A stretch of DNA of 64,000 nucleotides from a virus: IMG/VR virus record IMGVR_UViG_3300008261_000042. The stretch is one strand, 5' to 3'. The position numbers and the translations under genes were made by a program. Shown here one piece after another: positions 1 through 10,164 of the stretch; the stretch's first letter is position 1, and every line of letters starts with the position of its first letter. The notes beneath the pieces were generated by a model. It made no database searches. It was given only the letters and a program-made list of their open reading frames with translations, and was not told the DNA's origin.

Positions 1-14
1 CTATTACTACACTA

Positions 15-3000
15 ATGGCAATTATTACGAATGCTATTGGTACAGAAGCAGATCCAGGTGATTTAATCGGTATTGTTAGAACTGCTCCTACATTTACTAA
101 TATTACTAGAGTAGAGCCTGTTCTTGATACAGCAAACCTTGCCGCAAGATCAACCATCTTTACCGTAAATACTGGTCAAGGTTCTTCTAACCCTCATAAT
201 TTTGAAACTGGAACTCCAGTTCGTCTCGTTCCTAAGGCAAGAGAGGGTACAAATCCTGACAAGAGAGTTATTAGACTTCCCAGAGGATTTGAAACAAATA
301 CAATTTATTATGTAATTGCTCCTGGTAGAAAAACAACCCCAGAAGACTATTCAAATTCTGCTAAGTATCAAGATATTTTCACTGCAGATGCTTCAACTCG
401 TTTGATGCTTGCATCTACTAAAGAAAATGCTGCTGCTGGTATTTACATCTATTCATCTGAAACTGATGCAATTGATCCAGATGTTCAGATTGAATTGCAA
501 CAATATGTATTAGATGACAGTTATGATCTACATCAATATTTGTGTAATTTTGCAACTGGTCAAACTGATGTAATCCAAACCGATGTTCCACATATCTTTG
601 ATGTTCCAGGATCTATAAACACAGTTCATAAAGTATTCTTTAGAACTTTCGGAGATCCCAATGAGTCGGAACTTCCTCAAATCTCTTCTGGAGGAACGAA
701 TGCTGAGGTAGATCCTAATAGATATTACTACGTTAGATATGTAACTAATAAGACTTTTGCTGTATTTGAAACTGCTGCTCAAGCTATTGCTGGAACACCA
801 AGAATTACATTTACTCCAGGATTTGGACAAAATTTCTATGTATTCTCCGACAAGAGAGAAAGCCCAGTAAGATTTGATGCAGCACTTCAAAATGACGACA
901 CTTCAACTGGACAATGGTATGTTAATGTATTAGATGAAACATCAAGTACTAATAATATTATTGCTAGATTCCAAGAGCTTGGTGATACATTAAAAGATAG
1001 TAGAAGTAAAAATACTTTCTTCACACGTCTTGTCGATAATAGAGAAAAAGAAGATAGAATTTATCGTTTACGTTATGTAATTCCACAATATGCTGATGGT
1101 GTTCGTGATCCATTAAATGGATTTGTACTAAAAGCAAGAACTGATACAACAAGAAAACTTCTTCCTCAGCGTATTGTTTTAAGTCCAGTATCTTCTGGCT
1201 CCCCAGATCTTGCTTATTTTGAAATTCAACTTCCAACAGAAGCTGGTGGAACTATTGCACAACAGCTTGGATTACCAAAGAGTCAATTAGATCCAAACTT
1301 CTCTTATGATCCATATAATGTTAATAGTGTAAAAATTGTATCTAGTGACAAAACTTCTAGTAAAGTTTCATTTAGTATTCAGTCTGCTAGACAAGTAAAT
1401 GTAAATGGTGATAATTTATTAGAATTAACTGTATTTGATCATACGATTACTAATGATGCCTTAAAAAATGAAACTTTCGTAACAGTTAAAATCGAAGCAC
1501 CACAAGAAGGTACATTTAGAGCTACTGAAGGATTCAATACCATTATTTGGAATGGAAACTCTTCTGGATCTGCTACAATTCAGGCATACTTCAATGTTCC
1601 TGAAACAAATGAGCATTATTTAATTTTAAGAGCTGTAACTGGTTCTATCAATTACAATCCATTAATTGATACCGTATTCTATCAACCACTACTTGATGTA
1701 AATAATGATCCTGTGCTTGATAATCAAAATCAACCAGTGCAGATTTATGCCAAGCTAATCAAAAAGCCAAATAGTGTTGGTAGTCCAAATGAATCTAAGA
1801 GTAAGTCAGAAAAAGCTGATTACTTATACAGCAACAAAGATGCTAATGTCTTAACTGTAACCCCTGGTGATATTATTGAGGATGACGATGCTACTCAGTA
1901 TAGAGTTATTTCTGTTGAAGATTCTGGAGAAATTGAAGATTCATTCTATATCTTTGATATCAATGAAATTCAAAGAAGAATTCCAAATCAACAGGAAGGT
2001 GTTTACTATTTAACTTGTGTTAAGGGTAATGTTTCTCCATTCCCAGTTGGAGCTGGTGTTGGTACAAACTTCAGAAACTTTAAGTTCTCTCAACCAATTT
2101 CACAACTATATCCACTTGATTACAAAAATGATCCATTATGGTTCCAAATTAGACCAGATGGTTCTAGAGACACCACATTAACAGATGTTCCTGCTACTAT
2201 TTGTGCTGCTGATAATTATGTTCATGGTTTGGTAAGAACTAATGATTATAAGAATAGTGAAACTAAAGAAGTTGTTCTAGATTTAGTTAATAATCCAGCA
2301 CTTGATCGTTATGATTATACTGGATTAATTTCGGCACAATCTGGTAATGCAACCTCTGGGTCTGAAGATCGTAAGATTTCAATTGCTGGAAATTCAGTAT
2401 ATCCAACAGAAGGTAGATTATATGTAGAACTTCGTCGTCCATCTATTGCTCGTTCTGGTAACCACACGTTTGAATATCTTGGTTTCGGTCCTGGTAACTA
2501 CTCAACTGGTTTCCCACTACGTCAAGAAGTTGTTCTTTCTGATATTCAAGATTTCTATGCTCAATCTAAGCGTGAAGATGGTGGTATTGTATTCTACACT
2601 GGTCTAAACTCTAATGGAGATCTTTACATTGGTAACAGAAAGATCAATGCCATTACTGGCGAAGAAACTTTCCTAGAAAGAGCTGAACTTATTTCTTCTG
2701 ATGATGACGGTGGAGATCTTGGTAATCTTGTTACTACATTTGAACTTCCAGTTGTATTTGAAAGAGACATTACCGTTGATGGCGATGCTACATTCAACAA
2801 TCCAGTAACAATTAATGTAGAGCCAAATGAACCAAATGCATTAACTGTTATCTCTAATATTGACGCAAACTCAGGCGAAGATACTTCACTTGATAGTGCT
2901 ACATTTGCTTTAAGCACCATCGAATCTGAAGGTAACATTACACTTCATAAGAATAAAATCTATGCTGGTGTATATGCATTTAACCCAAGAGGAAGTGTAA

Positions 3001-6000
3001 CTATTCCTGGTCAAAATTATAGCATTAGAACTCATGCAGACCAAACAAATGGCAATTTACCTTCAAATATTACTCCAAATCAAACAAATGGAAGTTTAGG
3101 TAAGCAAGTACAATATGGTCAGAAATCACCAAAAGCTGGTGATATCTTACTAAAAGGTGTTGAAGTTGGTAAGTCTGGATCATTAGGATGGATATTTGCT
3201 AATTTCTATACAAATAAAACATCTAATGTATTTACTGTAAGAGCTGATGGTAACTTATCAGTAACCTTTACAATGCAAATTGGTATTTCGCCTACCGATA
3301 TTGGTATTGCTCAAGGAACTGAAGTTAAATTTACTGGATTTAGTGGTAGATTCCAACCAGTAAATGGAGTTAGAACTGTTTCTGCAGTAACTGCAACTAC
3401 ATTTACTATCAATACACAAGTTATTGTAGCACAAAGTCCAGATGATCCAACACGTTTAGATCAAGAACAAACTAATGCATTGATTGAGGTTTCTTCTGTA
3501 CAGTGGAAAGAAGTTGGTGTTCTTGGAGCAGAAGCATTAAGAACAAATACGGATAATTATGGCGACTTTAGACTAGGTATTAATACTTTTGCAAGAGCTG
3601 ATCACATTGATCGCTTGAATGGATTTGTTTCCGCAGCTACTCAGCCAAGAGCAAATCTTGATATTGTTGGTACTGCATTTGTAAGTGGTAAGACACTCAC
3701 AACTTCGCCAGTTAATAGCTTTGTTTCAAATCCAACTGCAGCAAATAGAGTATTTAATAACGTAGGAAATGCATTCTTAGTTGGTGGTGATAGTGTAAAT
3801 CCAGATTCAAATGCAACTTTACGTGTTGCTACTACTAATAATGGTAGAGTTGGTATTAACACAAATCTAGGAAATCTAGATAGAACATTTGTTGTTTATG
3901 GTGATGCTAGAATTACAGATGAAGTAAGATTACAAAAGAATCTTGAGGTAAATGGTGGTAATATAACTACTACACAATCATCATTCAATTTAGCAGTTAC
4001 TAATGCAACTTCTGCCGCTGCATTTAGTGTTGCTAGAAATATTTCATTGGGTACACTTGTAAGTGCAGATCAGGTTATTACTCTAGGTATTAATCCAAGT
4101 TCACAGCAAGTTAATATTGGTACATTTACTCCAGATGGAGAATTTAATGTACACAGCAATGGATCAAAATCCATTATGAATTTGGGCACATCAAATAATA
4201 CAAGTACAGCAAGTATTAGTGTTATTACTATTGGTGGTGCATTTGCAAAGAATTCAAACTCTAAAGAAGATGGTTCTGTATTCAATGTAAAAAATAGATA
4301 TACAGAATTAGATGGTGATTTATCAATTGGTACTGGATTAGTAACAGGTACTGGAATTGCTAGATTGCAGTCTAATGCGTTGCAAGTTGAGATGTTTACG
4401 GTAAACACCTCAAGATTAAACTTTGCAACTGGTGTTGGTAGATTAAGCATTGGTTCCAAAGGTGGAACAACAACGATTAATAACTCATTAGTTGTTGAAG
4501 CAAATACTACCATGAAGGGTGATGTAACTCATCTAGGTGGTTTAAATGCTGGTCAATACCAAATTAGAAGAGGTTCTTTTGCAACTCCAACTTCAGCTCA
4601 TGTAAGAGGAAGTATTGATAATACTAACATTGACTTCTTCTCAAGAGTAACAATTGATAGAACAATTGATACCCAAGGTGCTGCTGTTTGGTCTGGTGCA
4701 GAATTTTTGGTTGATTCCAATGATCCAACAGAATACTATCTACCAATCGGTCAGGTTAGCACAAATATTCAATTTGAAGTTGGTGCTTATCTATTAATTG
4801 ATAGATCAGTTCAGGTTGATCAGCAAAACACTATAATTTCTCCAGTTGGAGAACAATACAGTGAGTTATTATTAGTTACAGAGTTAACTAACTTGAATAA
4901 CGTTTCTGATCTTCCACTACGTATTAAAGTTAAGAGGGCAAGAAACCGTCTTGATCAAAATGGTAATATGATTGTAGATGGTGCATCACCATCTGGCTAT
5001 AAGTATCTAAGAAATGATCACCCAGATAACGCTAAGATTATTAGATATAATCTTTCGGAAGATGTTAGCTTTATTGATAACGCTAATGGTCTTGCTAATG
5101 GCATTACTGGTGCATTAGAAAATCTTTCAACTGGAGTATTCAGTGGAACAATTAAACAAGGTGATATCTTCAGACTGAGTGATTCTGAACTTACTTTCAT
5201 TAATCAAATTAATGTCACCTCACCTCAAAGATTTGTTATTAATGATGGAGGAACACCATCAGTTGATGTGTTTACAGTAGATTCTACTACTGGTGACACA
5301 GAAATTCTAGGTAATCTTAGTGTTTATAAAGATATTCGTTTACTTGGTTCAAATACAGAAAATAATCAAAGATTGATTATTAGAGATCAAAGTAATAATG
5401 ATAGATTTGTAGTTGATAGTGCTACAGGTAAAACATATATCTTCGGAAATTTAAATGTTGGAAATTCTACAAATTATAATAGATTATTTGTTGATTCTTC
5501 CAGTGGAGATACTACAATTAGAGGTGGTGATCTATTAATCACTGCTGATAATATTGATAATACTAAATTATTCTTACATAATGGTACTGGTAACTTAACA
5601 ATAAGTGGACTATTTACATCACAAACTACTTCTGGTGAAAACGTATTTAATACTGACCTTAAAGTTAATGGTAATAACTTAACATTCAACAAAGTATTAA
5701 ATATCGGTGGTGAAGATACTGAAGTTAATCTATTCAAAGTTCGCTGGATTGAGCAAGCTACAAATAGACCTTCAGGTGGTGCAATTGATTTTGCTGGACA
5801 GCAAGGATTCTTTACACAAACTGGAGCTAGAAAGTGGCAATACATACAGGCTGGACAAGATGTTGTAACAGTACAATCTAATGTTAACTATTTTGTTTCA
5901 CCTACAGCTACTACTGTGCTTAAATTACCTTCTAATCCTCTTACTGGAGATACAATTAGAGTCGTTGATGTTGGCGGAAACTTAACATATAATGTATCAT

Positions 6001-6215
6001 TGAAGTTTAGAGCACCATCTGGTATTGCAATTCAAGGTGATACAACTAATTCTGGAGGAACACCAGATCCAGGAACTACATATAATGGGGGAGAACTAGT
6101 AGTTCAAACTCCAAATGCTGGATTAGGACTTGTATACGTTGGACCTGTTAATTATGATGGAACGTCTACTGGTGCTCCAGCATCGCAACAAGGTTGGTGG
6201 TTAATGGAAATCTAA
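15..6215 (+). CDS. Giant virion structural / tail fibre-like protein, C-terminal part (5' end probably lies upstream of the window)
   Basis: 2066 aa ORF; the frame is open to the window edge and no RBS or promoter is visible. It has G/T/N-rich beta-strand repeats (GRVGINT), and the C-terminus LPSNPLTGDTIRVVDVGG...GWWLMEI is typical of cyanomyovirus giant fibre proteins. Confidence 0.8.
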   Translation: MAIITNAIGTEADPGDLIGIVRTAPTFTNITRVEPVLDTANLAARSTIFTVNTGQGSSNPHNFETGTPVRLVPKAREGTNPDKRVIRLPRGFETNTIYYVIAPGRKTTPEDYSNSAKYQDIFTADASTRLMLASTKENAAAGIYIYSSETDAIDPDVQIELQQYVLDDSYDLHQYLCNFATGQTDVIQTDVPHIFDVPGSINTVHKVFFRTFGDPNESELPQISSGGTNAEVDPNRYYYVRYVTNKTFAVFETAAQAIAGTPRITFTPGFGQNFYVFSDKRESPVRFDAALQNDDTSTGQWYVNVLDETSSTNNIIARFQELGDTLKDSRSKNTFFTRLVDNREKEDRIYRLRYVIPQYADGVRDPLNGFVLKARTDTTRKLLPQRIVLSPVSSGSPDLAYFEIQLPTEAGGTIAQQLGLPKSQLDPNFSYDPYNVNSVKIVSSDKTSSKVSFSIQSARQVNVNGDNLLELTVFDHTITNDALKNETFVTVKIEAPQEGTFRATEGFNTIIWNGNSSGSATIQAYFNVPETNEHYLILRAVTGSINYNPLIDTVFYQPLLDVNNDPVLDNQNQPVQIYAKLIKKPNSVGSPNESKSKSEKADYLYSNKDANVLTVTPGDIIEDDDATQYRVISVEDSGEIEDSFYIFDINEIQRRIPNQQEGVYYLTCVKGNVSPFPVGAGVGTNFRNFKFSQPISQLYPLDYKNDPLWFQIRPDGSRDTTLTDVPATICAADNYVHGLVRTNDYKNSETKEVVLDLVNNPALDRYDYTGLISAQSGNATSGSEDRKISIAGNSVYPTEGRLYVELRRPSIARSGNHTFEYLGFGPGNYSTGFPLRQEVVLSDIQDFYAQSKREDGGIVFYTGLNSNGDLYIGNRKINAITGEETFLERAELISSDDDGGDLGNLVTTFELPVVFERDITVDGDATFNNPVTINVEPNEPNALTVISNIDANSGEDTSLDSATFALSTIESEGNITLHKNKIYAGVYAFNPRGSVTIPGQNYSIRTHADQTNGNLPSNITPNQTNGSLGKQVQYGQKSPKAGDILLKGVEVGKSGSLGWIFANFYTNKTSNVFTVRADGNLSVTFTMQIGISPTDIGIAQGTEVKFTGFSGRFQPVNGVRTVSAVTATTFTINTQVIVAQSPDDPTRLDQEQTNALIEVSSVQWKEVGVLGAEALRTNTDNYGDFRLGINTFARADHIDRLNGFVSAATQPRANLDIVGTAFVSGKTLTTSPVNSFVSNPTAANRVFNNVGNAFLVGGDSVNPDSNATLRVATTNNGRVGINTNLGNLDRTFVVYGDARITDEVRLQKNLEVNGGNITTTQSSFNLAVTNATSAAAFSVARNISLGTLVSADQVITLGINPSSQQVNIGTFTPDGEFNVHSNGSKSIMNLGTSNNTSTASISVITIGGAFAKNSNSKEDGSVFNVKNRYTELDGDLSIGTGLVTGTGIARLQSNALQVEMFTVNTSRLNFATGVGRLSIGSKGGTTTINNSLVVEANTTMKGDVTHLGGLNAGQYQIRRGSFATPTSAHVRGSIDNTNIDFFSRVTIDRTIDTQGAAVWSGAEFLVDSNDPTEYYLPIGQVSTNIQFEVGAYLLIDRSVQVDQQNTIISPVGEQYSELLLVTELTNLNNVSDLPLRIKVKRARNRLDQNGNMIVDGASPSGYKYLRNDHPDNAKIIRYNLSEDVSFIDNANGLANGITGALENLSTGVFSGTIKQGDIFRLSDSELTFINQINVTSPQRFVINDGGTPSVDVFTVDSTTGDTEILGNLSVYKDIRLLGSNTENNQRLIIRDQSNNDRFVVDSATGKTYIFGNLNVGNSTNYNRLFVDSSSGDTTIRGGDLLITADNIDNTKLFLHNGTGNLTISGLFTSQTTSGENVFNTDLKVNGNNLTFNKVLNIGGEDTEVNLFKVRWIEQATNRPSGGAIDFAGQQGFFTQTGARKWQYIQAGQDVVTVQSNVNYFVSPTATTVLKLPSNPLTGDTIRVVDVGGNLTYNVSLKFRAPSGIAIQGDTTNSGGTPDPGTTYNGGELVVQTPNAGLGLVYVGPVNYDGTSTGAPASQQGWWLMEI

Positions 6216-6216
6216 T

Positions 6217-7905
6217 ATGGCAGATTACGGAGCTATCAGAACAATGAAAGGGTTGCCCATTGGGTCGGTGCAACCCTGGGTTGGACCTCTAACACAAATA
6301 CCAAAAGGTTGGTTGTTAGCCAATGGAGCAGAATTGCAAGCAAGAGAATATCCTTTGCTTGCTAGAGTTTTAAAAGACACTTATGGTGGAGTAAATTTTT
6401 CTGGTGGATTTCCAAATTATGCAGGAACATTTAGATTACCTCCAACTAATCAAAAAGGATTAGCTGATATTAATATTTCTTATTTTAGTAACGATCCATT
6501 GTTAAGAAATAACAAAATGGATACAACTAAAGCTGCTGCTATAGTTCAACAATATATTGGAGATATTGGAGATCTTGGTACTCCATCTACAATATTTGCA
6601 AATACTGATATGAATTTTACATATGAGCCAGATCCAGATGGCGTTATTTTAACATTTCAATATACTGGCAATGCTCCAACCACAACAACTGCTCAAAGAT
6701 ATGAGTCTACTGAATTAACAATATCAAGTAATGGTAATGGAACAAATGCAACATTTCAAGTAGTTCAAAATACAAATTTAACATATTCAGTTAAAATCAT
6801 TAGTAGAGGTCAAGATTTTGCTCAAGGTGAAGTTATTACTATATTGGGAACATCATTCACAAAAGGAACAGCTGCTGGAACAACACCAGCTAATGATATT
6901 ACAATAACTGTTCAATCAACTGGAGATGGTTTTTTTGATGGTAGAATTGAAGGTCAATCAGTAATTCCTGGATTTGGTATTAAATCTGTTTATGTCGTTG
7001 GAAGAAAATTATCTAGAGAACATTTTCCTGCACATTTTCATCCAGGTCCAGAAGGAGGATATACTACAATCAACAAAGGAGATTCTGGAGATAATCCTGG
7101 TTTAGGTGTTGGTGTGTTTGATACGCCAGAAATAAGTTTAATCAGTTATTGGTATAGAAGAGTTCCATGTGAATTCGGTTCTCTTCAGTGTGATCCAGAT
7201 GAAAGGAGACAGAACAGATCAACTCCTAAAAGTGTAGAAATAAGATGGGGAAGTGAAACTGGTCCGACTACAGAAGGACTAGATAATGTAGTTAGTGGAG
7301 CAGGAATGGTACAACCATTTGCTATAGGTGCTGGAAGATATGCACTAGCTTCTATTGAAGGTTCTATTCCCATTAGAAATCATAGACCAGAAAGAAGTTC
7401 TATTGATAGACATGGAGTTGGAAAATCTTGGTTCAATCAAGCTAAAAAATTGAGAGTAACTGATAGTATTACAAGTTCAGGAACTCCATATTTGACTAGT
7501 TTAATTAGTGATAGTAAATTAATTGCTGGAACATCTAGAATTCCATTTTCGGATGAAGCTAATGCTGTTTCTGCACCAAACTATGATAATGGGGGAGGTG
7601 GTGCATCAAATGGTTTAAGTGATGGTGTTGTTAGTCCTCCAACTCAAGTATTATTTAATAGTGCAGCAGTTGATTATAATGTTACACAAAATCAAGGTGG
7701 TAATGTAGTTAGAACAATACAACCACATGATCATGGTTCGGAATTCAATATCAGTTATAACGGCGATGCAATATCACTCACCCCAAGAATTTCTGCAAAA
7801 GTACAACCAGTAGTTACTCCAGATAATGTAGAAAATGCATTTCAAATGACATTTACTGTAACCTCACCTTCACTTTCTTGTATTCATTTAGTAAGAGCTT
7901 ATTAA
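6217..7905 (+). CDS. Tail collar domain protein (short-fibre-like)
   Basis: N-terminal PIGSVQPWVG..IPKGWLLANGAEL...YPLLARVL...YGG...FRLP tail-collar motif, plus HxH motifs (HFH, HDH). Confidence 0.85.
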   Translation: MADYGAIRTMKGLPIGSVQPWVGPLTQIPKGWLLANGAELQAREYPLLARVLKDTYGGVNFSGGFPNYAGTFRLPPTNQKGLADINISYFSNDPLLRNNKMDTTKAAAIVQQYIGDIGDLGTPSTIFANTDMNFTYEPDPDGVILTFQYTGNAPTTTTAQRYESTELTISSNGNGTNATFQVVQNTNLTYSVKIISRGQDFAQGEVITILGTSFTKGTAAGTTPANDITITVQSTGDGFFDGRIEGQSVIPGFGIKSVYVVGRKLSREHFPAHFHPGPEGGYTTINKGDSGDNPGLGVGVFDTPEISLISYWYRRVPCEFGSLQCDPDERRQNRSTPKSVEIRWGSETGPTTEGLDNVVSGAGMVQPFAIGAGRYALASIEGSIPIRNHRPERSSIDRHGVGKSWFNQAKKLRVTDSITSSGTPYLTSLISDSKLIAGTSRIPFSDEANAVSAPNYDNGGGGASNGLSDGVVSPPTQVLFNSAAVDYNVTQNQGGNVVRTIQPHDHGSEFNISYNGDAISLTPRISAKVQPVVTPDNVENAFQMTFTVTSPSLSCIHLVRAY

Positions 7906-7907
7906 AA

Positions 7908-8768
7908 ATGACTGTTTACTATTCAAAACAAAGAGCAAAATTTGGTGGAGTTACTGGAACTATTATTCCATATCCAATTGCATTATCCGATAGCGTAAAA
8001 GAAAATTTTCTTCCAGCTGGATTTTTAAAATGTGATGGCTCTATCTTAAAAGCATCAGTATATCCAGCTTTAGCAAGAACTATAGGTGTAGGAGCTAATT
8101 GTAGATTTGCAAAAGATCCTAATGATATTGGTGCCGATGAAATACAACTACCAGATTTGGGATCAAAATATATTAGAGCTTCTTCTTCATCTGGACAATA
8201 TTTAAATACAACATTAGAACAAGATCCAACAATTACTAAAGTTGGCACTGAAGTTGAAGTTATTTCTTTGGTTGGAGATACTACAGAAATTTCATACTCT
8301 GGTTATTTTGAAGTTTTGGGTAAAAATAACATAAGTTTTATCGGAACTCCAGTTTTTGAAACTGATACTGGATTTACTTTATCCGATAGTTTAAATGAAG
8401 AAAACTTCCAAGCACATGGACATTATGCTGACGTAGGAGTTTTTACTTATCTTGGCAAGTGGGCAGATAATATTTTTGTTGAGGGATACGCTAGAGGTGG
8501 CAATGAAGCCCAGACAGAAGGATCTAATAATTTAGTTCAAATAGAACCACCAGACCAATCATCAACTACAGTTTCACATAATCATAGAATCAACTTGCCA
8601 GGTAGTACGCAATTGAAAGCTAATAATACATTAAATTATTCTTTCTCAAATACACAAATACCAGCAGATGGTTTAAAAAGCGAAATTATTATTACAACAA
8701 GTAATGTTAAAAAATTGGATGATATTATATCTCCATATATTTTAGTAGAGTATATAATTAAAATATAA
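7908..8768 (+). CDS. Tail collar domain protein
   Basis: GTIIPY..PAGFLKCDGS...YPALARTIG...LPDLGSK collar motif, plus HGH and HNH. Start moved to the ATG at 7908, just after the upstream stop. Confidence 0.85.
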   Translation: MTVYYSKQRAKFGGVTGTIIPYPIALSDSVKENFLPAGFLKCDGSILKASVYPALARTIGVGANCRFAKDPNDIGADEIQLPDLGSKYIRASSSSGQYLNTTLEQDPTITKVGTEVEVISLVGDTTEISYSGYFEVLGKNNISFIGTPVFETDTGFTLSDSLNEENFQAHGHYADVGVFTYLGKWADNIFVEGYARGGNEAQTEGSNNLVQIEPPDQSSTTVSHNHRINLPGSTQLKANNTLNYSFSNTQIPADGLKSEIIITTSNVKKLDDIISPYILVEYIIKI

Positions 8769-8770
8769 AA

Positions 8771-10159
8771 ATGTCAATAGTAGATTCTACAAATTGGTCA
8801 ACAAGATCATTAAATATTTTCAATAATTATTATTCTTTACCGACCCAATATTCTGCTACTTGGGGAGTATTTTTAATTGATAATGCAATTCAAGATCAAG
8901 GTATCTATGAATTTGATATTAGATTTTTGGAGCAGGGAATTCAAGTATTTGGTACTGCTGCAGATGATGATTGTCAATTTTATATTGATGGGGAGTATCT
9001 AGGTGATTTTGGTCCATCTAATGATAATGTAAGAATATCAACGACAAAATATTATGATGTATTTACGGTACATCGTCTTACTTTCGTTAGGACTGATAGT
9101 GGAACAAAACCAACTGCAATTGCTGCTAGATGGATAAGAAGTGAATACAATGCAGTAGATATACGAGATTTTAATGCTGCGCCAAGAATACTTACCAACA
9201 CCACAAATACAACATTAAACTGGGATGTTGTAAACGCTAGAAAAATAGAAATAAATCAAAACGTTGGAGATGTTACTGGAAAAATACAACAAGCGGTAAA
9301 TACTAGATTACAATCTAATGTTGGAACAAATTCTCCTGCTTCAAAAATATATACTTTAACTGCTTACGGAAATGCTCCGTCAGATATAGAAACAGCTACT
9401 GTCGAAGTTCTAGTTTTTAACGACAATACACCTAATAATATTGAAATACCAAATTTTTACAATAGAGAACCTAACGAAATTATAACATATAATCTACCAG
9501 CTTTAACTGGAATTGATGCTCCAATAACTGTATCGGGAGATGATTATGTTTTAGTTACTTCTGGAGCATCCGAATCATACACTAAAAGTATCACAGTATC
9601 TAATAATGCAGTTATCAAATTAAGATTTCGTGCTCCTGATTTTAGCCAAGATCCAGAAACTTTGGATAATTCAGCAGAATATTATGTTAATTTTGGTACT
9701 TTAAGAAGATATTTTACGGTAGTTACTAGAGCACCAAATGATAATGAAAGTTTTGATTTTGGAGATGTAAAAAATTCTGTACCTTATCCAGCTCCTCCTG
9801 GTAATGATGAAACACCACCGCAGTACCTAGTTTCTCCAGATACAGTAGAACCAACAGCAGAACAATGGCAAGTTGAATTGCAATATCCAAACAATGTTAC
9901 ATTACAATCTGGGGTGGAAGTTAAAACCACATATAATGATAAAACTCAGGTTAGAGTCAAACCATTCGGTGGTTCTTGGGGTTCATGGATAAATACAGAA
10001 TATCTATATGATGAAATAGTCGATCCTGGTCCAAGAACTGTTGAAAATATGAATTGGAGTACTCTTACTACTAGAAGTAGTGGAACTATTAATAATACTA
10101 CTCCAAGATCTATTAATACAAGATCAGCTGGTGTTTTAACAGGAAAAAATATAGTTTAA
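8771..10159 (+). CDS. Virion structural / fibre-associated protein with shared C-terminal module
   Basis: 462 aa. Shares YTLTA..NDNTP..TRAP...FDFGD..PYP..YL.SP..VE with the next two genes. The N-terminal ADDDCQFYIDG is PA14-like. Confidence 0.7.
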   Translation: MSIVDSTNWSTRSLNIFNNYYSLPTQYSATWGVFLIDNAIQDQGIYEFDIRFLEQGIQVFGTAADDDCQFYIDGEYLGDFGPSNDNVRISTTKYYDVFTVHRLTFVRTDSGTKPTAIAARWIRSEYNAVDIRDFNAAPRILTNTTNTTLNWDVVNARKIEINQNVGDVTGKIQQAVNTRLQSNVGTNSPASKIYTLTAYGNAPSDIETATVEVLVFNDNTPNNIEIPNFYNREPNEIITYNLPALTGIDAPITVSGDDYVLVTSGASESYTKSITVSNNAVIKLRFRAPDFSQDPETLDNSAEYYVNFGTLRRYFTVVTRAPNDNESFDFGDVKNSVPYPAPPGNDETPPQYLVSPDTVEPTAEQWQVELQYPNNVTLQSGVEVKTTYNDKTQVRVKPFGGSWGSWINTEYLYDEIVDPGPRTVENMNWSTLTTRSSGTINNTTPRSINTRSAGVLTGKNIV

Positions 10160-10164
10160 AAGAT